Shown: piece by piece, positions 36,128 through 47,880 of the stretch
How positions within the stretch are numbered: the first letter of the stretch is position 1
How the letters are laid out: the number at the start of each line of letters is the position of its first letter
NCBI GenBank assembly: GCA_038087875.1
Contig: JAXLNO010000217.1
Coordinates: 1 to 64,000, forward strand
Direction of reading: 5' to 3'
Source: Malacoraja senta
Lineage: Eukaryota
Length of the DNA stretch: 64,000 bases
Program-made: the position numbers and the translations under genes
Notes under the pieces: model-generated
The model's database searches: none
The model's input: the letters and a program-made list of their open reading frames with translations, nothing else
What the model was told of the DNA's origin: nothing

Positions 36128-36944
36128 AGAAACATAGAAACATAGAAAATAGGTACAGGAGGAGGCCGTTAGGCCCTTCGAGCCATTCATTGTCATCATG
36201 GCTGATCGTCCCCAATCAATAACCCGTGCCTGCCTTCACCCCATGTCCCTTGATTCCGCTAGCCCCTAGAGCTCTATCTAACTCTCTCTTAAATCCATCC
36301 AGTGATTTGGCTTCCACTGCCCTCTGTAGCAGGGAATTTCACAAATTCACAACTCCCAGCGTGAAAACGTTTTTTTCTCACCTCAGTCTTAAATGGCCTC
36401 CCCTTTATTCTAAGACTGTGGGCCCTGGTTCTGGACTCGCCCAACATTGGGAACAATTTTGCTGCATCTAGCTTGTCCAGTCCTTTCATAATTTGATATG
36501 TTTCTATAAGATCCCCCCTCATCCTTCTAAACTCCAGTGAGTACAAGCCTAGTCTTTTCAATCTTTCCTCATATGACAGTCGCGCCATCTCGGGGATCAA
36601 TCTCGTGAACCTACGCTGCACTGCCTCAATCACAAGGATGTCTTTCCTCAAATTAGGAGACCAAAACTGTACACAACACTCCAGATGTGGTCTTACCAGA
36701 GCCCTATACAACTGCAGAAGAACCTCTTTACTCCTATACTGAAATCCTCTTATTATGAAGGCCAACATTCCATTAGCTTTCTTCACTGCCTGCTGTACCT
36801 GCACGCCAACTTTCAGTGACTGATGTACATGGACACCCAGGTCTCGCTGTACCTCCCCCCTTACCTAACCTAACCCCATTGAGATAATAATGTGCTCCAT
36901 TGTTTTTGCCGCCAAAGTGGATAACCTCACATTTATCTATATCA
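36128..36944 (-). mobile_element. CR1 3' fragment
   Basis: 171-aa ORF QAVKKANGMLAFI...LVRPHLE...; (ATGTTTCT)n tail. Confidence 0.9.
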
Positions 36945-37190
36945 CTAGACAAAGTGGGACCCGTTGTGTCCCAGCATCACACAGGAGGGCTGGTCACCCA
37001 ACGCAATATTACACCTCTGCACCAATTCCAATATTGCTGTCCAGTGGGGGGGGGGGTTCTGTTGCGCTAGTATGGGTGGTGTGGGCCGAAGGGACTGGTA
37101 TCCAGAGGGCTAGTATGGACATTCTGGGCCGAATGGATTCTTGAGCTGGCAGCTCAGTCACTGAGGGCTGGCAGTACAGTCACTCAGATC
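36945..37190 (-). mobile_element. Helitron 3' end fragment (same family as 45589-47138)
   Basis: ctagacaaagtgggacccgttgtgtcc...gctagtatggacatt matches 45589-45830. Interrupts a CR1 fragment. Confidence 0.8.
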
Positions 37191-37289
37191 TGTCATAATT
37201 GATAATGCTTGGTTCATCGTTGTTGATGTCCACAATTCACTGGGACACAAGAGTATGCAGATGCGGCACATGCATGAGGTGGAATAGTG

Positions 37290-39113
37290 GAAGACACAAG
37301 ACAAAGAAGATTGGGGTTCCTTTGTAAATTGCCAGAAGGAATTATGGAAAGCTCTGAATAAAGCCGAACAAGATTTGTATCAAACAACCACCACAGCAAT
37401 GAAAGAAAACGTCAAACAATTTTGGTCTTATATGAAACGTTTGGGTAACGGAGAGAAGGGAGTTGCAGACGTCATGGTGAACAACACAGTTGTAAGTGAC
37501 GGGAAAGGGAAGGCCGAAGCACTTAATGCTCAATTCACCAGTGTATTTACGAGGGAAAACAAGTCATACATTCCATCGATGGGAACCAGTAACATACAGG
37601 ATATCCTGAACTAGTGATCCATGAGGCAGGAGTATTAACACAACTACAGAACCTAATGCCAAACAAAGCAGCGGGCCCAGATCAGTTGCCACCATGGTTT
37701 CTAAAGATGTTCGCATCGAAAATAGCACCCATACGCACAGATTTATTCCAGTCCTCAATTGATTGTGGGTCACTCCCACGACAGTGGACGGAAGCAAACA
37801 TCTGTGCAATATTTAAGAAGGGCTATAAGGCTGCGTCTGAGAATTACAGACCAGTTTCACTGACCAGTGTTACATGTAAGATCATGGAACACATCATACA
37901 CTCTCACATCATGGACCATTTCGAAAAGAATGGGATACTGGTGGACTCACAACATGGCTTCAGAACAAAATGTTCAACGAAAATACAACTTATTGTCACT
38001 ATTGATGACATCACAAGGGCATTAGATAAGGGGAAATCTATACATATGGTAATCCTGGACTTCAAAAGCATTCGATAAAGTTCCTGATGAAAGGCTCCGA
38101 GGAAAACTGGATTACTATGGCATCAGAAATAGTCTACATAACAGGATTAGGGACTTTCTCACAAACCGGACGCAGAGGGTGGCCTGTGAAGGAAACATTT
38201 CTTTAGAAGAACAAGTACTGTCAGGAGTACCGCAAGGCACGGTCCTTGGACCACTGTTGTTCCTGACGTACATTAATGATCTACCTGAACACATAAATTG
38301 TAAAACAAGACTCTTCACAGATGATTGTCTTGTATATATACCTGTCACTGATGTAGAGGATATGAATTCCTTACAAGAAGACCATAAGTCCTTGGAATTA
38401 TGGCAAAACACATGGAAGATGAGCTTCAACCCAAATGCTCAATTATGGTCATTTGAAACAAGAAGAAACCACCTACTCAAGACTACGTCTTCTGTGGAAA
38501 AATACTTCATCGTACAAGTTCACAGACATACCTTGGAGTTCATCTTGATAGCAAGCATTCGTGGGGGGAACACGTGGACAAAACGGTCTCTAAAGCCAAC
38601 CGGACACTAGGATTCCTTGGAAGAAACCTCTGGTTATGCCCAAAGGAAGTGAAAACCACAGCATATACAACATTGGTTAGACCCTTACTGGAATACGCTT
38701 CATGCACCTGGGACCCATACAAAACTGGTCATATCAACAAACTAGAAGGGGTACAGAGGAAAGCAGCACGCTTTTGCATCGGGAACTACAACAGTGGTAG
38801 CAATGTCACCCAGATGCTGTCCGACCTGGAGTGGGAAACGCTGGAAACAAGAAGGGCAAGGAACAGACTAGCCATGTTGTACAAGATTCAAAAGGGGATG
38901 GTGGGCATAACTGCAGATAGATACATATCATACTCAACAGAAAGGAGAACAAGAAAGAGAAATGATATGCAAATAGAAACCCCATTCACCAGGACAGATA
39001 TTTATGAGAACTCATTCTTTGTAAGAACCTTAAAGGAATGGAATAAACTAGACAACAATACAGTTAAATCAACTTCACTGGACAGTTTTAGGGGGGGCAC
39101 TAACAGCACGTTA
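37290..39113 (+). mobile_element. Second copy of the divergent CR1-group LINE (segmental duplicate of ~7505-9341)
   Basis: Colinear high identity with 7505-9341, including the same 3' junction into unique GC-rich sequence. Confidence 0.85.
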
Positions 39114-39652
39114 GGCGGGGAGACACCGCGCCGGGTAACCTCGGCCCCTCCCTCCCGATTGCTCGGCTCCAGGGACACCCGTCGCCCCCCCCCCCCCCCG
39201 CCCCGGTGGTGTGGGAAGGGACAAGATTCGGCAGACATTAGGGTCCGACACTTGAAGTCGACGGACTTTAGGACCCGGGGGAGCCCTGAGCTCAGGACCC
39301 ACCGCCCGCGGCTGCTGCTGAACCCGCGGGAAGGGAGATTGTTTCAATCTTTATATTTTCACAAAAGTAATTTCTGTTCCGTTGCCGGACGCGGTTAACG
39401 CGTTAAAATGAACGGATCGACAGACAGACAGACAGACAGCTCTGATTTCAGTTGCTGTTTATTTCACTCTTCCCACATTTACATTCCCCCTGGTTTTATT
39501 TCCGCGCTCACTCACTGGGGTTTGTTTCACGACGCGGAATTTGTGGATTAAATGGGAGGTTCGTTCAGCGCCGACCTGTTGTCCACCGGGTTTCTGCCCC
39601 ACAGCCCCTGGCTGAGCCCCGCTCCTGACGCCGGTCCCGGGACCCGACCCTT

Positions 39653-40181
39653 TTACACACCCGGAGCGGAACCGGAGCAGATTCTCAGCCAGTTTTCATC
39701 CCAAGGCCCGAAGAAAGGGTAAAGTTTCTCCGTAAATTTATACCCAGTGAAGGTGTAGAGATGGGACTTGGTGTCCGCGTCGTAAAATGAAACTGTCCCG
39801 GACTCGTAACTGAGATAAACTCCCACTCTCCCGGGGATGGGACGGGCGGGGAGAGGGGATGGAGGGGAGGTGAGAGCATCAAACTCGTCATCCCACCGCC
39901 TGATGCTCCAGACTCCAGTCTCCGATGTCACTGTGACCCGTCTCTTCCTCTCCACAGACTCTGCGGCGACTCCCAGCCTCCAGACCCGACTCCCGCCACC
40001 TCCACCTCCCAGTAATGTCTCCCCGATGTGAATCCCTCCGATCCCAGCACACACTGCCAGCCTGTAAACCTCTTCCAGGTGTCAGGGAGACTCCTCACGG
40101 TCCCGGTCCGTCTCACCCTCTTCCGATCCTCAGACACCTCGAGCTGCAGATGCGCTGTTTCCACATCCAGGGTGACGGAGA
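39653..40181 (-). pseudogene. Orphan PRY/SPRY exon, paralog of 9877-10409, with 1-bp frameshift
   Basis: Same acceptor and VSVTLDVETAH start. GCG GGG AGT in the paralog reads GCG GGA GT here (one G lost, ~39992-39994), splitting the ORF. No upstream RING/CC exons recognised in the window. The frameshift could be a homopolymer assembly error. Confidence 0.8.
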
Positions 40182-40582
40182 CTGGGGGGGGAAGCAGAGA
40201 ATCGGAGAGTCAGTCCCCGGGGTCGGGGGGAGACTCGGGCACAAGCGGGCGGACAACTGAAACCTTGCCCGGGGTTTCACCCCAACCACATCGGATGGAC
40301 AACAAACATCTCTCCCGGACTTTCGCAACTGGGCAGGAGAGGAGGAAAATTCCGCGGGTTATCGGGAACGGGAGCGGGCGAGGCGTGCGGACGGGAAACT
40401 AATGCGGAACGTGAGGATGAACGAGAGATTGCGGGAGGGGATGGAGAAATAAGGCGGGTATTCAAACATCTTGCCAGTAGATGGCGAAGGAGAGGCAGAT
40501 TGGATGATGAGGAGACTGGTGTGAGTGGTAATTAGAGGTGGTTGAAGAGGATGGAGACATGTGGGGTGGAGTTGCCGTGATC

Positions 40583-43453
40583 ATAGAAACATAGAAACAT
40601 AGAAAATAGGTGCAGGAGTAGGCCATTCGGCCCTTCGAGCCTGCACCGCCATTCAATATGATCATGGCTGATCATCCAACTCAGTATCCCGTACCTGCCT
40701 TCTCTCCATACCCCCTGATCCCCTTAGCCACAAGCGCCACATCTAACTCCCTCTTAAATATAGCCAATGAACTGGCCTCAACTACCCTCTGTGGCAGAGA
40801 GTTCCAGAGATTCACCACTCTCTGTGTGAAAAGGTTTTTCCTCATCTCGGTCTTAAAGGATTTCCCCATTATCCTTAAGCTGTGACCCCTTGTCCTGGAC
40901 TTCCCCAACATCGGGAACAATCTTCCTGCATCTAGCCTGTCCAACCCCATAAGAATTTTGTACGTTTCTATAAGATCCCCTCTCAATCTCCTAAATTCTA
41001 GCGAGTATAAGCCAAGTCTATCCAGTCTTTCTTCATATGAAAGTCCTGACATCCCAGGAATCAGTCTGGTGAACCTTCTCTGCACTCCCTCTATGGCTAT
41101 AATGTCCTTCCTCAGATTTGGAGACCAAAACTGTACGCAATACTCCGGGTGTGGTCTCACCAAGACCCTGTACAACTGCAGTAGAACCTCCCTGCTCCTA
41201 TACTCAAATCCTCTTGCTATGAAGGCCAACATACCATTCGCTTTCTTCACTGCCTGCTGCACCTGCATGCCTACTTTCAATGACTGGTGTACCATGACAC
41301 CCAGGTCTCGCTGCATCTCCCCATTTCCTAATCGGCCACCATTTAGATAATAGTCTGCCTTCCCGTTTTTGCCACCAAAGTGGATAACCTCACATTTATC
41401 CACATTATACTGCATTTGCCAAACATTTGCCCACTCACCCAGCCTATCCAAGTCACCTTGCAGTCTCCTAGCATCCTCCTTACAGCTAACACTGCCCCCC
41501 AGCTTAGTGTCATCCGCAAACTTGGAGATGTTGCTTTCAATTCCCTCGTCCAGATCATTAATATAAATTGTAAACAGCTGGGGTCCCAGCACTGAGCCTT
41601 GCGGTACCCCACTAGTCACTGCCTGCCATTGTGAAAAGGACCAGTTTACTCCTACTCTTTGCTTCCTGTTTGCCAGCCAGTTCTCTATCCACATCAATAC
41701 TGAAACCCCAATACCGTGTGATTTAAGTTTGTATCCTAATCTCTTATGTGGTACCTTGTCGAAAGCTTTCTGAAAGTCCAGATACAACACATCCACTGGG
41801 TCTCCCCTATCCACTCTACTAGTTACATCCTCAAAAAAGTCTATAAGATTCGTCAGACACGATTTACCTTTCGTAAATCCATGCTGACTTTGTCCAATGA
41901 TTTCACCACTTTCCAAATGTGCTGCTATCCCATCTTTAATAACTGACTCTAGCAGTTTCCCCACTACCGATGTTAGACTAACTGGTCTGTAATTCCCCGT
42001 TTTCTCTCTCCCTCCCTTCTTAAAAAGTGGGGTTACGTTTGCTACCCTCCAATCCTCAGGAACTACTCCAGAATCTAAAGAGTTTTGAAAAATTAGCACT
42101 AATGCATCCACTATTTCTGGAGCTACTTCCTTAAGTACTCTGGGATGCAGCCTATCTGGCCCTGGTGATTTATCGGCCTTTAATCCATTCAATTTACCCA
42201 ACACCACTTCCCGACTAACCTGGATTTCACTCAGTTCCTCCATCTCCTTTGACCCGCGGCCCCCTGCTATTTCCGGCAGATTATTTATGTCTTCCTTAGT
42301 GAAGACGGAACCAAAGTAGTTATTCAATTGGTCCGCCATATCCTTGTTCCCCATGATCAATTCACCTGTTTCTGACTGCAAGGGACCTACATTTGTTTTA
42401 ACTAATCTCTTTCTCTTCACATATCTATAAAAACATTTGCAGTCAGTTTTTATGTTCCCTGCCAGTTTCCTTTCATAATCTATTTTCCCTTTCCTAATTA
42501 AGCCCTTTGTCCTTCTCTGCTGGTCTCAGAATTTCTCCCAGTCCTCTGGTATGCTGCTTTTTCTGGCTAATTTGTACGCATCATCTTTTGCTTTGATACT
42601 ATCCCTGATTTCCCTTGTTATCCACGGATGCACTACCTTCCCTGATTTATTCTTTTGCCAAACTGGGATGAACAATTTTTGTAGTTCATCCATGCAGTCT
42701 TTAAATGCCTTCCATTGCATATCCACCGTCAACCCTTTTAGAACTAATTGCCAGTCAATCTTGGCCAATTCACGTCTCATACCCTCAAAGTTACCTTTCT
42801 TTAAGTTCAGAACCGTTGTTTCTGAATTAACAATGTCACTCTCCATCCTAATGAAGAACTCAACCATATTATGGTCACTCTTGCCCAAGGGGGCACGCAC
42901 AACAAGTCTGCTAACTAACCCTTCCTCATTACTCAATACCCAGTCTAGAATAGCCTGCTCGCTCGTTGGTTCCTCTACATGTTGGTTTAGATAACTATCC
43001 CGCATACATTCCAAGAAATCCTCTTCCTCAGCACCCCTGCCAATTTGATTCACCCAATCTATATGTAGATTGAAGTCACCCATTATAACTGTTTTGCCTT
43101 TGATGCACGCATTTCTAATTTCCTGTTTGATGCCATCCCCAACTTCACTACTACTGCTAGGTGGCCTGTACACAACACCCACCAGCGTTTTCTGCCCCTT
43201 AGTGTTTCTCAGCTCTACCCATACCGATTCCACATCCTCCAAGCTAATGTCCTTCCTTTCCACTGCGTTAATCTCCTCTCTAACCAGCAACGCTACCCCA
43301 CCTCCTTTTCCTTTCTCTCTATCCCTCCTGAATATTGAATATCCCTGGATGTTCAGCTCCCAGCCTTGGTCACCCTGGAGCCATGTCTCCGTGATCCCAA
43401 CTATATCATAATCATTAATAGCTATCTGCACGTTCAACTCATCCACCTTATTA
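40583..43453 (-). mobile_element. Young CR1 LINE, ORF2 nearly intact (EN + RT)
   Basis: 306-aa EN ORF and 579-aa RT ORF in one frame, separated by a single AGA->TGA (42526-42528); (ATGTTTCT)n tail. Confidence 0.95.
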
Positions 43454-44150
43454 CTCCAGGTGTGGTCTCACCAAGACCCTGTACAACTGCAGTAGCACCT
43501 CCCTGCTCCTATACTCAAATTCTTTTGCTATGAATGCTAACATACCATTCGCCTTCTTCACTGCCTGCTGCACATGCATGCCTACTTTTAATGACTGGTG
43601 TACCATGACACCCAGGTCTCGTTGCATCTCCCCTTTTCCTAATCGGCCACCATTCAGATAATAGTCCTGTTTTTGCCACCAAAGTGGATAACCTCACATT
43701 TATCCACATAATACTGCATCTGCCATGCATTTGCCCACTCACCCAGCCTATCCAAGTCATCTTGCAGCCTCCGAGCATCCTCGTCACAGCTAACTCTGCC
43801 CCCCAGCTTTGTGTCATCCGCAAACTTGGAGATGTTGCATTCAATTCCCTCGTCCAAATCATTAATATATATCGTAAATAGCTGGGGTCCCAGCACTGAG
43901 CCTTGCGGTACCCCACTAGTCACTGCCTGCCATTGTGAAAAGGACCCGTTTACTCCTACTCTTTGCTTCCTGTCTGCCAGCCAGTTCTCTATCCACATCA
44001 ATACTGAACCCCCAATACCGTGTGCTTTAAGTTTGTATACTAATCTCTTATGTGGGACCTTGTCGAAAGCCTTCTGAAAATCCAGATATAACACATCCAC
44101 TGGTTCTCCCTTATCCACTCTACTAGTTACATCCTCGAAAAATTCTATAA
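43454..44150 (-). mobile_element. CR1 RT internal fragment abutting the previous element
   Basis: IEFFEDVTSRVDKGEPVDVLYLDFQKAFDKVPH...KFADDTKLGG. Confidence 0.88.
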
Positions 44151-45885
44151 CACATGACCATGTACAAAGGAACCTTTGGAGACCCAAGAAACAATAGATG
44201 CTGGCAAAACACAGAAGGAGGCCCATTGTATCTATGACTGTCAATAGACTGCTGACTTCATAATCCCCTCCTTTTCAGCACAGATCTCTGGCCTTGTAGA
44301 TCATAGCTCTTCAAGCACATTGATCAAAGCACAAAATGCAGGAGGAATTGTCAGGCATCATCTGTGGAGCTAATGCACAGATGACGTTTCGTATCAGGAC
44401 CCTTCTGCAGTCTGATTTACAGCAACAGGGAGAAAGCTGGAAGAGAGGTGAGGCGACAGAAAGCCTGGAAAGTGATAGGTGGATACAGGTGAGGTGGGAA
44501 ATGAGGTGATTGGCAGATGGGGGGTGATGTGTGAAAAAGGCTAGAGGTGAAAAGCGGAAAAGCGCATGTCAGATAAGGAAAGCTGAGGAGGAGTGAAATG
44601 TAAAGTTGAGGGAGAGATATGGGTTCTGTCTGGGCTTGAACTGGGAGACCCAGAAACAGAGTTGGAAGCCATGTGGGACAAGATGGTGGTGAAGGCAAGT
44701 GCTGAGGAAAGAGACATGAAGTGAATGCGGTGAAACATTGTGGAGTGAATGGACAGGTGACGTGTCAGGTCAGGGCCCTTTTTCAGACTGATTGGAGGAG
44801 GGGGTGAGAAAGCTGGAAAAGAGAGATGAGGGCAAGGACAACTTGGCAAGTAATAGGTGGATATAGGTGAAGGGAGGTTGATTGATAGATGGGTGGATTA
44901 AGTGACAAAGGCTAGAGATGAAAAGGGGACAAGAGAGTGTCAGATAAGGAAGGAGAGGAGAAGAGAAAGGTTAAGCTGTTGGGAGAAAGGAACTTAGGTG
45001 GGACAGGGAAGGGGAAAGAGGGGGTATAAAAGCAAAATGGAGGACTCAGCGATGGAGACCGATGTACAGAGGAGGGCAAAGGAAGAAGGTGACTAGGGTG
45101 GTGGGAGAAAAGGGATGCGGAGTATAGGGAAAAGAGAAGGAGGGGTGATTGCGTAGGACATAACGGACTGAAATTCCATCTACAATTTTTCTTACAATTT
45201 ATTAAAGGAAAGATATTTGAAAATAAAATCAGATGAGATGAGAACCTAATCAGTGCTACAATAAACTAAAGCCAGAGTCAGTTTCACCCCCATTGGCACA
45301 CACCTGATTAAATCACCGCGGGGCATTTTGGAACCAATTATCAAGTGGAGACAGCACACAAAGCACAAAATACATGGATATAAACCCTAAATCATTGTTT
45401 GTTCTCCATTAACAGCAATGACTCTAGAAAATATTTTCCATAGCCTTCACCTGGTAATTCACCCAAAGATCACCGTGACCAAGCACTGTCATTCTTTTTG
45501 CTTTTTCTCCTTCCATGTCCTCCCACATACCACTTCAGATCCTTTGGCCCTCACAGTAAGCTCCCTCTGGCCCAGTCTATAGATAATACTAGACTAAGTG
45601 GGACCCGTTGGGTCGCATGTTCACACGGGAGGGCTGGTACCCCAATGCAATATTCCACCTCTCCACCAATTCCAATATTAGTGGCCGGGGGAGGGGGGGG
45701 GGAGCTTTCTGGAGCGCTAGTATGGGTATTGTGGGCTGAAAGGACTGGTTTCCAGAGGGCTAGTATGGACATTGTGGGCCAAATGGATTTTGGGGTGACA
45801 GCTCAGTCACTCAAGCCTGATGTGCTGGCAGCTCACTCATGGTTGGTGGGCGAGCAGTTGACTCACGGCTATTCCTTGAAATTCC

Positions 45886-46240
45886 ATTTCAAGCAGGGTG
45901 CAAGGCCACCAAATTCAAATGCAGCTTCCTACCATTTCAAGCAGGGTGCAAGGCCACCAAATTCAATTGCAGTTTCCTACCACTTCAAGCAGGGTGCAAG
46001 GCCACTGAATTCAAGTGCAGTTTCCGATCACTTCAAGCAGGGTGCAAGGCCACCAAATTCAAGTGCAGTTTCATACCACTTCAAGCAGGGTGCAGGGCCA
46101 CCAAACTCAAGTGTAGTTTCCTACCACTTCAACCAGGGTGCAGGTCCACCAAACTCAAGTGCAGTTTCCTACCACTTCAAGCAGGGTGCAGGGCCACCAA
46201 ACACGTGCAGTTTCATGCGACTTCAAGCAGGGTGCAAGTC
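45886..46240. repeat. 48-bp minisatellite, ~7.5 copies, inside Helitron
   Basis: Unit atttcaagcagggtgcaaggccaccaaattcaagtgcagtttcctacc; anchor aagcagggtg recurs at 45891, 45939, 45987, 46035, 46083... Confidence 0.95.
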
Positions 46241-46267
46241 AACCAAATTGGAAAAAGGACGTTGTCA

Positions 46268-46620
46268 AGTTACCACCACCAACAACCATTTGCAGTGCAG
46301 CATTTCAAAGCAGATACCACCACCAACAACCATTTGTGGTGCAGCATTTCAAAGCAGTTACCACCACCAACAACCATTTGCAGTGCAGCATTTCAAAGCA
46401 GTTACCACCACCAACAACCATTTGTAGTGCAGCATTTCAAAGCAGTTACCACCACCAACCACCATTTGCAGTGCACCAAAGCAGTTACCACCACCAACAA
46501 CCATTTGCAGTGCACCATTTCAAAGCAGTTATCACCACCAACAACCATTTGCAGTGCAGCATTTCAAAGCCGTTCCCACCACCAACAACCATTTGCAGTG
46601 CAGCATTTCAAAGCAACCAC
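46268..46620. repeat. 44-bp minisatellite, ~8 copies, inside Helitron
   Basis: Unit agttaccaccaccaacaaccatttgcagtgcagcatttcaaagc. Confidence 0.95.
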
Positions 46621-46695
46621 ATTTCATTTTCAAACCACATTAAGGGCACTCACAGTTGAGTAGACATGTGTACAGTGTTATTCACAGCTCAGAGA

Positions 46696-46749
46696 GGGGT
46701 GGAAGATTGCAACCTTCACGTGGTCCACCCTGTTTCGACTAATGCAATC
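46696..46749 (+). ncRNA. Putative minimal HDV-like self-cleaving ribozyme
   Basis: P1 GGGGUGG/CCACCCU (G1.U wobble), P2 GAUUGCA/UGCAAUC, P3 ACC/GGU, L3 UUCACGU, vestigial P4 (GUUUCGA), J4/2 CUAA with candidate catalytic C at 46739. Confidence 0.75.
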
Positions 46750-46835
46750 AACTCAAACGTGCACAAATGGAAGATCAAATAGAACAAGTTGTCCAACAAC
46801 TTTAGGCTGTGTACGCCACACGAAAGAAGAAGAAG
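46696..46835 (+). mobile_element. Short non-autonomous retroelement with 5' HDV-like ribozyme and Vingi/Ingi-like tail (copy 2), nested in Helitron
   Basis: TSD aca(g/a)ctcagaga (46684-46695 / 46836-46847). Ends ccacacgaaagaagaagaag. Same 5' start as copy 1. Confidence 0.85.
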
Positions 46836-47587
46836 ACAACTCAGAGAGACGTGACCCTCTTCCTTCCTCCATCTAGCAGAGACTGAGTGAGGCACAATAC
46901 TTCCGCATATTACAGTCCCTCCCCTCCCACCAGCAGGGGCAGCAGAGAGAATGTCAACATTTTGTTAAACATTAATAACTCTTTTATTTTTCATCGATGG
47001 GAAAAATCCTCTTGTCCTGCACGGTGGAGGGGGACTCTAAGATGGCCAAAAATCACAGCCGTAAGTGGCAGCGTTTTTTCAAAAATCATGAAACAGTAAA
47101 ACAGGTAGTGGTCAAGATCTTACTTTTAGTAATATAGATTAGCAGCTTGGTAATGGAGTGTGGTATCAAACAAAAATGTACTGACTTATTGTTAAGGGTT
47201 TGGACATGCTAGAGGCAGGAAACATATTCCCGATGTTGGGCAGTCCAGAACCAGGGACCACAGTTTAAGAATAAGGGGTAAGCCATTTAGAACGGAGACG
47301 AGGAAACACTTTTTCTCACAGAGTTTTGAGTCTGTGGCATTCTCTGCCTCAGAGGGCGGTAGAGGCCGGTTCTCTGGCTACTTTCAAGAGAGAGTTAGAT
47401 AAAGCTCTTAAAGATTGTGGAGTCAGGGGATATGGGGAGAAGGCAGGAATGGGGTACTGATTGGGGAAGATCAGCCATGATCACATTGAATGGCCTACTC
47501 CTGCACCTATTGTTTATTGTCTATTGTCTATTATTGTACCATGACTGCTGATTGTCCACTGGACTGCCTTTTAATTTTCTCTGCTCT

Positions 47588-47880
47588 TTTAGTTTTAGTT
47601 TAGTTTAGAGATACAGCGCAGAAACAGGCCCTTCAGCCCACCGAGTCCCCGCACATTAACACTCTCCTACACACACTAGGGACAATTTACACATACACCA
47701 AGCCATTTAACCTACAAACCTGTACGTCTTTGGAGTGTGGGGGAAACCGAAGATCTCGCTGAAAATCCACGCGGTCATGGGGAGAACGTACAAATTTTGT
47801 ACACCCGTAGTCGAGATTGAACCCGTGTCTCCGCCCCTGCAAGCACTATAAGGCAGCAACTATACCACTGCGCCACCATC
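47588..47880 (-). mobile_element. tRNA-derived SINE (further copies ~48625-48930 and ~62875-63175)
   Basis: Match to 141-437. Confidence 0.8.

Larger units (their letters stand above)
37290..40310 (+). repeat. Segmental duplication of ~7505-10530/11345 (LINE + TRIM 3' flank + PRY/SPRY exon)
   Basis: Colinear match across the LINE, (GACA)n, the 3' UTR, the exon and the intron start. Lacks the Penelope insertion. Confidence 0.9.
45589..47138 (-). mobile_element. Non-autonomous Helitron (~1.55 kb)
   Basis: Minus strand starts A|TCTATATTACTAAAAG (47138) and ends CTAG|T (45589). Subterminal hairpin GACCC-AAC-GGGTC (45602-45614). No TSD. Internal minisatellites. Confidence 0.85.

Noticed and set aside
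45498..46663. Repetitive 309/274/173-aa ORFs and a CRISPR-like regular array
   Set aside because: These are head-to-tail minisatellites without unique spacers, inside a Helitron, in eukaryotic DNA with no cas genes.
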